Shown here piece after piece: positions 42,651 to 51,924 of a stretch of DNA of 64,000 nt. Made by a program: the position numbers and the translations under genes. The stretch's first letter is position 1; the number at the start of each line of letters is the position of its first letter. This DNA comes from a virus, in the IMG/VR virus record IMGVR_UViG_3300017917_001008, positions 11,211 to 75,210 of that record; one strand, given 5' to 3'. The notes below the pieces were generated by a model that worked only from the letters and a program-made list of their open reading frames with translations, had not been told where the DNA came from and searched no databases.

Positions 42651-42998
42651 TTATTGATTGTTTATTTCTGGAAAAGGAAGACCGTCTGCCTTCCACGATT
42701 CTGCTTCTTGTTTAGTTCTTACAAGTCCTTGAGTGGATTTAATACGTTGTAAGTAACTCCTCTGTATAGTTTTAGCTGCTACAGGTGCACTACTGGTTAA
42801 ATGATACCCGTTACAAAATTTACATCGGTAGTATCTACATTGTTCTGCTTTCTTTCCTCTGCGTTTATACCGTCTTTTAGTATGAGAGTCATGCATTTTA
42901 CCTTTAGCCTTCAGTCTGATCATTGCTTCTTTAGCTGCACCTGGTGAGGGAAACCGGGTTTTACCGGTTGCACTGCACTTACTCAGGTTCAGGTCCAT
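42651..42998 (-). CDS. Basic zinc-finger phage protein
   Basis: C..TGK.RF...A and RYYRCKFCNGYHLTS. Confidence 0.6.
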   Translation of the reverse strand: MDLNLSKCSATGKTRFPSPGAAKEAMIRLKAKGKMHDSHTKRRYKRRGKKAEQCRYYRCKFCNGYHLTSSAPVAAKTIQRSYLQRIKSTQGLVRTKQEAESWKADGLPFPEINNQ

Positions 42999-43329
42999 AC
43001 TTATCTATTAAGTGTTTGTCAATGATTTCTGTGACTTCTTCCATGTCCTCTTTCTTCAGAGAGAAGAGCTGCTCCGTTAGTACCATGATGTATACCAGAT
43101 CCACCTGATCCAGGTTTTTCTTTACAGCAAGTACTTGTTGGCTATCTCCTAACAGGTCACAAACCTGATTGATAGCTGCCCTTGTTTTAGCAAGAGCCTG
43201 ACCGATTGCATACTTTTGTTTTTGTGATGTAGCTGCTTTGGCATAGTCCAATCTCACTTCTATGCACTTAAGATGTTGCATGAGATTCATGAACAACTCA
43301 CCAACTGTGTCTCTGTGTAATTCTGCCAT
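42979..43329 (-). CDS. Hypothetical helical protein
   Basis: 116 aa. Confidence 0.5.
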   Translation of the reverse strand: MAELHRDTVGELFMNLMQHLKCIEVRLDYAKAATSQKQKYAIGQALAKTRAAINQVCDLLGDSQQVLAVKKNLDQVDLVYIMVLTEQLFSLKKEDMEEVTEIIDKHLIDKYGPEPE

Positions 43330-43344
43330 AGGATAAGAATTATA

Positions 43345-43367
43345 GGAGGGGAGTGTTAATCCCCTCC
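43345..43367 (-). terminator. GC hairpin, probable terminator
   Basis: ggagggga-N7-tcccctcc downstream of 43377 ORF; weak U tail. Confidence 0.5.
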
Positions 43368-43376
43368 CTGTTGGTT

Positions 43377-44192
43377 TTATAGAAACATAACCCCGTAGTT
43401 ACCTACAGGCTCTTCAACTAATTCTGGTTCAGGAACTGTTACCGGTGCCTGTACAGCAGGAGCTGGTACAGACTGAAGCTGTCCAAACTCATCTATAAAG
43501 AACCGGTGTAACACTTCATGGTCTTGTAAGAAAGACTGTGGGTGTGATTCCTTAAGAGCTACCGTTACATTGTTGTACATAGCCCATGCACTGTCAGGAT
43601 CTGCATTGTAATTGAAAGACGGTTTGTCCATCTCACGTTTTACAATGCCCACCTGGGTCAGTGTCAGGATCTCCTGTTCTGCAAAGAGGCGTCCCAGTAT
43701 GGTGCCTTTTTGTTTGGGAGATAATATGACATTCTTAAGTAGTTCTTTATCCTGTACAAGCGTACTGAAGTATTCCTTTGCACTACCAATCTGGTCTTTG
43801 ATACTGTTCACTGCTTCATATAGAGCAGATCCTGTGTGCTTACGTACGTAGCTTGCCATGTCTCCACTCACTACACCGTTCATGCATACAAATACATGAC
43901 CGCCAATAGCACACTTAAACCGCATGCTCTTGTTGTAGGAGTTGCTCCAGGCAAACATCAGTCCCATATCAGGATCGTTACCATAGTCTAAATGATAAAC
44001 GCCCTGTGCTACCTGTCCGTCAAATGTACACTTGTACAGCTCGTTCTTTACATTGAAGCCTGCTGCTGTTAATTCTTTCCTGGTCTCGTCTATAATGTCC
44101 CCATGGGGAATAACTGTATATGTCTTCCCATGCTGGGGAAGAGGTGTTTGTCTGATATGCTCTTCTGTGACAAACGTTGTCTTTACTGGCAT
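43377..44192 (-). CDS. DUF932-like protein
   Basis: NSYNKS...G..VFVCMNG...RKHTG and W..YN.VT motifs. Confidence 0.7.
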   Translation of the reverse strand: MPVKTTFVTEEHIRQTPLPQHGKTYTVIPHGDIIDETRKELTAAGFNVKNELYKCTFDGQVAQGVYHLDYGNDPDMGLMFAWSNSYNKSMRFKCAIGGHVFVCMNGVVSGDMASYVRKHTGSALYEAVNSIKDQIGSAKEYFSTLVQDKELLKNVILSPKQKGTILGRLFAEQEILTLTQVGIVKREMDKPSFNYNADPDSAWAMYNNVTVALKESHPQSFLQDHEVLHRFFIDEFGQLQSVPAPAVQAPVTVPEPELVEEPVGNYGVMFL

Positions 44193-44202
44193 ATTTTAAT
44201 GT

Positions 44203-46143
44203 TTAAAAAAGTGATAACTGTGTAAATGAGTTGGGCTTTACCTTCTCAATACCTTCTATCTGTTTGTAGATCTCTTCCAGGTAGTACGTATAATTAATGT
44301 CATAACTATCCGTACTATCCGCTGGGTTTATACGGTTGACTACTGTCTGCAGCCACTGGCCTGATTCCACCTGGATCTCACGTCCGTCTGGATGACACTT
44401 AACTATCTTGGCTCCGTTGTTAGATATGTAATACCTTACAATCTTCTGCAGCTTATTGATGGTTAACTCACCCTGGTTGATAAAACGTTCTTCATAGTAC
44501 CAGCCTCCTTTAGATTTAACACCGGCACAATAGTCCATCATGTCTGTGTTGTCTCTTAAGAAGTCTTCCGGCATAACGCCATTAACAAAGTAGGCGTAGA
44601 TGGCTTTGGGAATGATCAGGAAGCTTTTGTTCTTATGGAACGTAGCCACCTTCTTTTTGTATAGATCTTCCCACTCAAACGCACCCTTGCACTTAACCTT
44701 GTTGTCTTTGTTGATAGCTATGTAGTTGTTTACATCCCGGATGATCATCTTCTTATACTGGTCATGTTCCAGGCTTAGCTGTGTAAGCTTTTCCCATTCT
44801 GCACACACCTGCAGATAAGTCTGTTCCGCACTTGCAGGAATCATCATCTCCAGACCATCTGTGTTTTGCATCAGCGGTATACCTTCTGGTATAGCAAGAC
44901 TTAACATCTCGTATAACATGCTTAGTAACAGCTGACCGTTTACAGTGATCTGCATGGTCATCTTTGGATCGTACAGGAAACTATTTTCATCACCTGTTAA
45001 ACCGTATGTACTGTTCAGAATAATCTTGTACACGTAGTTCTTAGGATCTGACTTAGGAATCTTCTTACGCTCCTCAAAGAACCATTCATACAGGTCAAGG
45101 AACTCTTTCTTCGGCAGATGTTCTGGTGCAAACCCGTTCTTGATAGCCAGGTTGGGATAGAAACTAGTCACGTCTGAAGTCATAATGATCCAGCCGGGTT
45201 TAGCTTCATATACGCCTGCAGCCTTAGCTCCGTGGATACCACCCAGTCCGTAGTCAGTCTGTACACCTTTATAAGTGACAGAGTGTTTAAACTTGTCTTT
45301 AGTGGATGTAATTACTGTCTTACGGAAAAAGTCTAACACGCCCTGGAATTCAGGCGTCTGGAACTTGACATAATCCAGGATACAGTCACCCAGAACAATA
45401 TGCGTACGTGGTGTACGAAGTTGTTTCAGGGTGGATTTTTCTATACCCGTCTTCTTTTCCAGGAAATACAGAAACAGCTCCTTGGATATTCTAGGCTCAG
45501 AGGCACTATACAGGTCTATACCATACTCTTTGGTTAGCACCTGTCTTAGTTTGATCTGCTCCTTGGAATGCTCCAGGATCTGCTTGGTAGACAGTACGTC
45601 ATTGAAACAGTACTTAACTACCATGTTGAGTTGGTTACTATCTGTAACCGGCTGGTAGTGAGGATGGGGCATCTCTTCAACGTTCTCCCAGTCCATAGCA
45701 TACTGAACCCACTTAAGAGAGGAACTCTTGGCTTTGTTATCCCAATGGTTCATCTTAAACAGATCTATCTGGCGGATAGACATCTTGAACGGTGGGTATT
45801 CCAGGAACTCTCCTTTGTTCTTTTTGGAGATGACTTCCTGTGCATACTTGTAGAGGTTATCTGCTACATCTGCACCCTGCATTTTCAATAATGCCTGTCT
45901 GTGTTTCAGTATGTGTTCTGTGATCTGGGCGTCAAACTCCAGCCCGTTATAGGAAATGTGCCACTGCTTAAGCTGCTTGCAGTCCATTAGAAACTTTACT
46001 AACTCCGGCAGGTCATTCTGCTGGTCGTTGACTACAAAAACTTTTCTAATGCTGTCATCTTTGTAATGGATAAAACACGCAACAAACGTGTTGCAGATTG
46101 TTTCATAGTCCATTACCCAATGGGTGGCTTGTTGATTGTTCAT
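44203..46143 (-). CDS. polB: Family B DNA polymerase (crAss-like)
   Basis: Exo DYE and YNG..FD; polymerase DVTSFYP, K..LNSTYG, NTDG motifs. Confidence 0.9.
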   Translation of the reverse strand: MNNQQATHWVMDYETICNTFVACFIHYKDDSIRKVFVVNDQQNDLPELVKFLMDCKQLKQWHISYNGLEFDAQITEHILKHRQALLKMQGADVADNLYKYAQEVISKKNKGEFLEYPPFKMSIRQIDLFKMNHWDNKAKSSSLKWVQYAMDWENVEEMPHPHYQPVTDSNQLNMVVKYCFNDVLSTKQILEHSKEQIKLRQVLTKEYGIDLYSASEPRISKELFLYFLEKKTGIEKSTLKQLRTPRTHIVLGDCILDYVKFQTPEFQGVLDFFRKTVITSTKDKFKHSVTYKGVQTDYGLGGIHGAKAAGVYEAKPGWIIMTSDVTSFYPNLAIKNGFAPEHLPKKEFLDLYEWFFEERKKIPKSDPKNYVYKIILNSTYGLTGDENSFLYDPKMTMQITVNGQLLLSMLYEMLSLAIPEGIPLMQNTDGLEMMIPASAEQTYLQVCAEWEKLTQLSLEHDQYKKMIIRDVNNYIAINKDNKVKCKGAFEWEDLYKKKVATFHKNKSFLIIPKAIYAYFVNGVMPEDFLRDNTDMMDYCAGVKSKGGWYYEERFINQGELTINKLQKIVRYYISNNGAKIVKCHPDGREIQVESGQWLQTVVNRINPADSTDSYDINYTYYLEEIYKQIEGIEKVKPNSFTQLSLF

Positions 46144-46192
46144 AGTGGTAGGTTTGTTCAGTTCAGCTGTCCCCCCTTTACAGACTTAAGCC

Positions 46193-46217
46193 AAAAAAAG
46201 GCAGATGTTACTCTGCC
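46193..46217 (-). terminator. Intrinsic terminator
   Basis: ggcaga-N6-tctgcc stem followed by T7 on the minus strand. Confidence 0.7.
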
Positions 46218-46241
46218 CTCTTTGCTTTTATAGGAATTGGA

Positions 46242-46637
46242 TTATACGGGGCTGATTATGTTAGCAACAGGTTCAGCTTTCAGATAATCATCCAGGTTAA
46301 AACTGTCTGCATTAACAGCCAGCATGTTAACCACCTGCTTGATTTCATCTGCATTCTCCAGGTAATACTCATAGTATGTCTCCAGAGTTTTGCGTTCTTC
46401 TGCATAGTCTTTACCGTTGTCACGCTTACCAACCTTCAGACGCTGTACGTCACCTAGATCGTTAAGCTTGGCCACCATATGCATGCTCTGTTTCTTTTCC
46501 TTACCGATCAGGGCAAGTACTTTAGAGTCCAGATCAAATATGGCTTCATTGTATGGACTATCAGGTGTAACTGGTATCATCTTAAAGGTCTTCTTCTGAC
46601 CCCAGCTGCCAGTAATCAGCATCATTGATTTTGTCAT
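46242..46637 (-). CDS. Hypothetical protein
   Basis: 131 aa with own promoter and terminator. Confidence 0.55.
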   Translation of the reverse strand: MTKSMMLITGSWGQKKTFKMIPVTPDSPYNEAIFDLDSKVLALIGKEKKQSMHMVAKLNDLGDVQRLKVGKRDNGKDYAEERKTLETYYEYYLENADEIKQVVNMLAVNADSFNLDDYLKAEPVANIISPV

Positions 46638-46654
46638 GGGTATTGGTAATTAGG

Positions 46655-46666
46655 TCTACAAATTTA
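46655..46666 (-). promoter_or_regulatory. TAnnTTTG promoter element
   Basis: TAAATTTGTAGA, 21 nt before ATG 46637. Confidence 0.65.
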
Positions 46667-47221
46667 AAGAACTTTTTTTAAGTTCTCCAAATGTTCTACA
46701 GGAATTTTTAGAGTTTCTTTTTCCAGGTCACATGGATCACAGAGTTCACCTACCTCTTTGAGGAGCTGAACATCTACATTTAAGATTCGGGCATAGGTGT
46801 CAAAATACTTTTCCGGATAGAGGTAGGACTCCATATACTTGATTTCTGTACTACCTTCTCCGTAGTATTGCCTGATGGCTTTCTTCAGAGGGTTGGTAAA
46901 CTTTGAATACTTACCCATTATGAAATTGAACCAATCTGCCTGGTATCCAGAGTAGTCAAACAGGTAGATGTTATAATCCTGTATGGTTACTATACTGGAG
47001 AATAGTGGATTAGAAAGTAGCATCTGCTGTTCAAAGCTTTTGAAACCTTCTGAATCATCATCTTTAAATGTGCACGCCAGCTTCATATCCTCCGGACCTA
47101 CCAGCCCGTCAAGGGCTATGTAGGTACCAGAAGGTGAATGATGAGAGGTGCGTTTAATACCTAACGCTGGGTAGAGGAAAGACCGGGACTTTTGAAAATA
47201 CTTAGTGTAAATGCTATCCAT
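46664..47221 (-). CDS. Hypothetical replication-module protein
   Basis: 185 aa. Confidence 0.55.
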   Translation of the reverse strand: MDSIYTKYFQKSRSFLYPALGIKRTSHHSPSGTYIALDGLVGPEDMKLACTFKDDDSEGFKSFEQQMLLSNPLFSSIVTIQDYNIYLFDYSGYQADWFNFIMGKYSKFTNPLKKAIRQYYGEGSTEIKYMESYLYPEKYFDTYARILNVDVQLLKEVGELCDPCDLEKETLKIPVEHLENLKKVL

Positions 47222-47233
47222 TATGTATTGCTC

Positions 47234-48265
47234 TTATAGAGCTACAAGTCCCTTTGCAAACGTGTAAGGAAGCTCGTAACTCCGGTGTGTGTAATGCCAA
47301 TCTGCTATTTCCAGGCTTTCTTTAAACTTGTCAAACCAGGTGTTCAGAGTGGCCTCTGTCACCGGGAAAGCATACGTTTGGAAAGCTTTGTCTATCACCA
47401 CAAAGTGGAATTTATACGAGTATCCCTCGTTTTCTATAAGGTGTTGATAACTCTTAAGAATCATGCTGGTATACACTACGGCCTGAAGCCAGTAGTTATA
47501 GTAGTCTACGGACTCTGAGAAGTCTTTTAGATCTTTGGACGTGGTCTTAACATCGTTGATAAATATGGTCTTCTGATCATGATCTATCACTACGTTGTCA
47601 ATGAAACCCTTTAGGCCAAATGGTCTGCCGGCTATATCCATTTCCATGTACAGCTCGTGGAAAACTTCCCTGTTATCAAACTCTGTTACGTTTAAACCTA
47701 GCAGGTTAACGATCTGCTCGTTGGTCTTAATAAGCTCTACAGCATCTTTACAGAATTTGTAGGTCTCCTCATCTATAAGGGTTTTATCTCCCTTGCTTCT
47801 AAGGAAATACCAGTAGACAAATACATCCTGGGTAAGCACCTTATCCAGACGCTGCTGGTCAGTCTTCAGGTTCTGATGGTAGTTCATGTCTTTCATGACA
47901 TCCAGGATGGCATCCTTGAACTCATCAATCTCTTCCCGGGTGTCACCGCTACGCTTAAGTTCTTTATAGTGGGCAAAGACACGGTCTGCCACTGTACGCA
48001 GGTTACCGGTTGGTAAGTTATTAGGGCAGATGACAAAGTTATCATTGAACCTTTCTTCATCCAGCAACAGAGCATGGATCACCTTTCCCTGTACCAGGTG
48101 GCTGTCTACTCTTTCTTCTTTCATACCCAGAACATACATCTGGTAAAACACTGCAGGGTTCCATAGTAGTTTATTTAAGCTACTATAGCTGAAGTAGAAC
48201 TTCTTGCTGTAAAAGTCTTTCTGTAAATGCTCTATACTCTCTTGCATTAATGCTTCTAATTCCAT
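47234..48265 (-). CDS. PD-(D/E)xK exonuclease (RecB/Cas4-like)
   Basis: FSYSSL, G..IH, KGFID..V.D, DVKTT, Y.LQA..Y. Confidence 0.8.
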   Translation of the reverse strand: MELEALMQESIEHLQKDFYSKKFYFSYSSLNKLLWNPAVFYQMYVLGMKEERVDSHLVQGKVIHALLLDEERFNDNFVICPNNLPTGNLRTVADRVFAHYKELKRSGDTREEIDEFKDAILDVMKDMNYHQNLKTDQQRLDKVLTQDVFVYWYFLRSKGDKTLIDEETYKFCKDAVELIKTNEQIVNLLGLNVTEFDNREVFHELYMEMDIAGRPFGLKGFIDNVVIDHDQKTIFINDVKTTSKDLKDFSESVDYYNYWLQAVVYTSMILKSYQHLIENEGYSYKFHFVVIDKAFQTYAFPVTEATLNTWFDKFKESLEIADWHYTHRSYELPYTFAKGLVAL

Positions 48266-48271
48266 GGGATA

Positions 48272-48457
48272 TTATTTTTGAGGCCAGTAACCATTTTTCC
48301 TCATGAACTTGTCAATACGTTCACGGGTTTCTCTACATAAAGTCATTGCTTCTACATATTCCAGGAACTTAACCAGCTCATCTATTTCTATATGACGCTG
48401 TTTTAGTTCTTCATACGGGTCATTAAGCACTGGGCTTGTTGCTACTTGATTTTCCAT
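48272..48457 (-). CDS. Hypothetical protein
   Basis: ATG at 48457, 61 aa. Confidence 0.45.
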   Translation of the reverse strand: MENQVATSPVLNDPYEELKQRHIEIDELVKFLEYVEAMTLCRETRERIDKFMRKNGYWPQK

Positions 48458-48842
48458 TTTTTTCTGCTTTAGTCTTTTTATCATGACAAGTCTCACATAA
48501 GACTTGCAATCCGTCCACTTCACAGAACAGACGTTCTACAAAACCGGGGAGGTCTTGGGCACAATTAAGAGAACCAGCGGGGGTGATATGATCTACGTTA
48601 ATTAGTTTCTCTGGAAACCAACCATTACATAAGGCACACTGATATTCAAACTTCTGGCGTTTGTTAGATCCTTTATAGGTACGACGTGCTTTCTGTTTAC
48701 AGAGTGCTATGGGTTTCCACCAACGTGATTTTTGCCTGAGTGCACTACGGAGAAAACTCCAGTAGGCTGATTCAGTCATGGTTCCTGCATTACGAGTCTT
48801 GGGTACTCTTGGTTTCTTAGGGGATGTGGTTTTCCTGGGCAT
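48423..48842 (-). CDS. HNH endonuclease
   Basis: CALC..VDHI...LQVLCETCH..KT. Confidence 0.8.
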   Translation of the reverse strand: MPRKTTSPKKPRVPKTRNAGTMTESAYWSFLRSALRQKSRWWKPIALCKQKARRTYKGSNKRQKFEYQCALCNGWFPEKLINVDHITPAGSLNCAQDLPGFVERLFCEVDGLQVLCETCHDKKTKAEKNGKSSSNKPSA

Positions 48843-48884
48843 ATTGTAGATTAAAGATCTACAAATCTACATATTAAATGTAGA
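48841..48884 (-). promoter_or_regulatory. TAnnTTTG promoter within tandem inverted repeats
   Basis: TAGATTTG at 48862-48869; two 7-bp inverted repeats with 5-nt spacers. Confidence 0.6.
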
Positions 48885-48897
48885 ACTACTACAAGGT

Positions 48898-49878
48898 CTA
48901 TAACTTTTTGTTGATCAGGGGGACCAACCTGTTTCTCACTTCCTTGGCTCCGTAGTCTTTAATGGAGTCTGATGGGTCTTTACTCATGGGAAGGAGCAGC
49001 AATTCTACATAGGGGTAGAGCTCTTTATATTTCTCCATGGCTTTTATACCGGCCTCGTCATTATCAAACAACACCAGGATCTTTTCATACTTGGTTTCCC
49101 ACTCATCCATAAACTCACTCTTGATCACAGAGTTTTCACTGTCCGGAGCTACGTAGTCTATAGAAAGCTTCAGGCTTTTTAGAGACATAATATCCTTTAA
49201 AGAGGACGTGATGATCAACCATCTGTGGTCTTTGAGCTGCTCAGATCCCTGGATGTGGTCTTTCACCTTGATGAATTTCTTATCCAGAGTCTTGGGCTGG
49301 TAGATCTTGTACAGAGTACCATCTTTCTTAAAATAGCCATAGAGATAGTTACTACGGATGGTCAGCTCATGTGTGGATCCGTCTGGTTCAGTGCGTACCA
49401 GAGTGTAATATTCCAGCGGCCTGACGCAGTACTCTTCCAGCAGACGTGACCCAATGTTGAACTGAGTCCAGAAATACTGGTCTGAAGTGTTCCAGGAACG
49501 GAATATGTAACGTGATACTCTATACTTACTGGCTTGTTTAAACTGTTGAACATCATAACCTCCATTATTATGCAGGACAAAGTCATTGAACTTCTCCACT
49601 ACAAGACTGCATGCTTTGTGATAGGAGAGCTGTGTAATTTCCTTTACCAGATCTATAGCAGATCCTCCTTTGCCGGTGGAAAAATCCTTGAACTTGTACG
49701 TGTCTTTTCTTACATCGTAATATACACACATAGAAGGTGTCCGTTCCTTAGGGTTGAACAGACTCTTGATCTTTACATCCTGCCCGGTGAGCTTTTCCTT
49801 GAGCTTGCAAAAATGTTCAAATATCCAGGGGACAGGTACATCTTTGATTTCATGCACCAGGTTCTTTGTACTAAACAT
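48898..49878 (-). CDS. DNA primase (crAss-like, TOPRIM)
   Basis: Cys-poor zinc-finger-like N terminus (E.TPS..FKDFSTG.GG); ITSSLKD and FDNDEAG. Confidence 0.8.
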   Translation of the reverse strand: MFSTKNLVHEIKDVPVPWIFEHFCKLKEKLTGQDVKIKSLFNPKERTPSMCVYYDVRKDTYKFKDFSTGKGGSAIDLVKEITQLSYHKACSLVVEKFNDFVLHNNGGYDVQQFKQASKYRVSRYIFRSWNTSDQYFWTQFNIGSRLLEEYCVRPLEYYTLVRTEPDGSTHELTIRSNYLYGYFKKDGTLYKIYQPKTLDKKFIKVKDHIQGSEQLKDHRWLIITSSLKDIMSLKSLKLSIDYVAPDSENSVIKSEFMDEWETKYEKILVLFDNDEAGIKAMEKYKELYPYVELLLLPMSKDPSDSIKDYGAKEVRNRLVPLINKKL

Positions 49879-49891
49879 ATAATCCGTATTT

Positions 49892-49923
49892 AAAAAATAA
49901 AGGGGGAAGTAGACACAACCCCC
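49892..49923 (-). terminator. Intrinsic terminator
   Basis: G5/C5 stem followed by T-rich run on minus strand after the SSB gene. Confidence 0.55.
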
Positions 49924-49952
49924 GTATTTGATGAATATAAAGAATACCGAGA

Positions 49953-50564
49953 TTACATATCAAAGTCGTCGTTCACCGGCTCAAAGCTGCTAACAGCCTT
50001 GGTTTCCAATGCACGGTAGTGGTACTTGTTGTTTTTATCAAACTTATCCAGTTTGTTCTCGTTTACACTACAGAACCTGATCTTAGGCAGAGAAAGCTTT
50101 ACAATGGTCTTGCCATTATACTCCTCTTCCTTACCGTTCAGGAACCAGTACATATCATGTCCCTTCAGGATGTCAATTGCCTGGGATACCCAGTTCTCCA
50201 AACTGTTAGCGGAAATGTTATCTACAGCGTCACGCAGTCCAAGCTCCTGTGCAATCACAATGATTTTGTACATGATCTCGTTCTTAGTGGCATTGGTTTC
50301 TGCATGCTGGTCTGTCCAGATGGTTGCTGTAACTCTTGATGACAATCCTTTGAACTTAGGTCCATCTGGATCGTTCTTGTCTATACTCCATCCTTCAAAG
50401 TTCTCAAGCTCCGGGCCTTCTAATACCAGCTCCAGAGATTTCTTGTCTCCATTCTTGGATGTTCTAACTTGCCCGCCAAAGATGTGGGCATACACTACGC
50501 CTGGTTGAAATGACTTCATCGGTCCATTACCAGCTTTTACTTCTTGTCCTTTTGTACTGAACAT
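49953..50564 (-). CDS. Putative single-stranded DNA-binding protein
   Basis: Between Sak4-like ATPase and primase; acidic-aromatic tail NDDFDM. Confidence 0.55.
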   Translation of the reverse strand: MFSTKGQEVKAGNGPMKSFQPGVVYAHIFGGQVRTSKNGDKKSLELVLEGPELENFEGWSIDKNDPDGPKFKGLSSRVTATIWTDQHAETNATKNEIMYKIIVIAQELGLRDAVDNISANSLENWVSQAIDILKGHDMYWFLNGKEEEYNGKTIVKLSLPKIRFCSVNENKLDKFDKNNKYHYRALETKAVSSFEPVNDDFDM

Positions 50565-50599
50565 AGGGCTTACCTTTTAATGATTAAGTGTTTGAATGA

Positions 50600-51283
50600 T
50601 TAATTTTCATAGTCAATGATAGCTTGCCTCACAACCTGGAGATCATTGCTAATCTCAAAGTCAGGGAACATGTCTTTGGGAGACTTACAAGTGTTCTCCC
50701 CGTTGTTACGTGTTTCAAACACGTGGCGTATGTTGCCGTCTTTATCTTTCTTCACCTTACCAAATAATACAATAGAGAACAGACCTTCCAGGGTGAGCTT
50801 TTCGTCCACCATTTTACCGATGGTCTTAGCTTTAAACTTGCGTTTACCTTCCAGGTCAGTAGACTCTTCTGCATGTGTAAGGAAGAATACCATAAGATCT
50901 TCTCTCAGGTCTTTAGGCATGCGTGCAATACGTGCCAGGTGTGCACCGATCTGGGTGAACTTCTCATACCCCTTTTCGTCTACACGGTCAAAGAACTCAA
51001 AAGAGCTCATATACTGAAAGTCATCAATGACTAAGTTCTTGATCTCTTTACGTTTCTCAGACACATACTTTACACAAGCCTCAATGTTCTGAGGGGAATT
51101 ACCATAGTACATATTACCAGTGGGGTTGTCTTTACTCCAGGTAGTGTACTTCTTTTTCCAGCCTTTAAAAGGCAGGGCCTTGTTGGCTACATTAATGATG
51201 AATGTTTCTGCCGGATCCAGGTTTTCTATACTAGTAGACTTACCTGCACCGGATTCTGCAATTACGAGGATACCGTTTGCCAT
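50600..51283 (-). CDS. AAA_24 / Sak4-like ATPase
   Basis: AESGAGKSTS Walker A, VIDD Walker B, CKSP..MF. Confidence 0.8.
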   Translation of the reverse strand: MANGILVIAESGAGKSTSIENLDPAETFIINVANKALPFKGWKKKYTTWSKDNPTGNMYYGNSPQNIEACVKYVSEKRKEIKNLVIDDFQYMSSFEFFDRVDEKGYEKFTQIGAHLARIARMPKDLREDLMVFFLTHAEESTDLEGKRKFKAKTIGKMVDEKLTLEGLFSIVLFGKVKKDKDGNIRHVFETRNNGENTCKSPKDMFPDFEISNDLQVVRQAIIDYEN

Positions 51284-51288
51284 AGTTT

Positions 51289-51912
51289 TTATGGAAGTTT
51301 AGTGAGTATTAAATCATTAAGCCAAGGCTTCAGACTTACAGGTTTACCTGTATGAATGGTGATATAGTCCCGGATGGTCATCTCTGCATAGGGAGCATCC
51401 AGGTCTATAGGAGCTTGCTGGGCTTGGGGTTTAGAAGTAAAAACAGGCTGCGGTTTAAATTCTGCTGCAGGATTCTTGGCAAAGAGCTTGTCATTGCTAA
51501 GTACTGCAGAGTCTTTAGAAATGGCCACTGCTGCTGCGTTAACCATTCTCAACTCCTCAATAGGTACAAGGAATGAACCTTTCTCGTTCATCTCATACTC
51601 TTCTTCAAAGTTGTCGTTGCGGGCTATCCTGTAGACTTTCCGGTCATCTTCCAGTGGATCTAGATCTCTGGTGACCAGCTCAAAGAAAAAGCCTTTGTCT
51701 TTCTTAAACTCTGAGGAGAAGATACCTACCACTTTACGTCCGTGGCTGTCATAAAAAGGCATCTTCATATTAAAGTCCATGGGGGAGATGCCCAGATCTT
51801 GTATCAGTGGCATATGATATGCCCTGATCTGATCCAGCTTCATCTTCTTCCACTCTTTAGGATTAGCGTACCTGTCTATAGTCTGTTCTGGGAACATGTT
51901 TGCTTGGGACAT
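51289..51912 (-). CDS. Hypothetical protein
   Basis: 207 aa; C-terminal MTIRDY motif. Confidence 0.55.
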   Translation of the reverse strand: MSQANMFPEQTIDRYANPKEWKKMKLDQIRAYHMPLIQDLGISPMDFNMKMPFYDSHGRKVVGIFSSEFKKDKGFFFELVTRDLDPLEDDRKVYRIARNDNFEEEYEMNEKGSFLVPIEELRMVNAAAVAISKDSAVLSNDKLFAKNPAAEFKPQPVFTSKPQAQQAPIDLDAPYAEMTIRDYITIHTGKPVSLKPWLNDLILTKLP

Positions 51913-51924
51913 TGTACGTGATTT

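Noticed and set aside
44203-46143. Intein or intron in polB (also checked RNAP and dnaB)
   Set aside because: Motifs are contiguous; no intein termini or endonuclease inserts recognised
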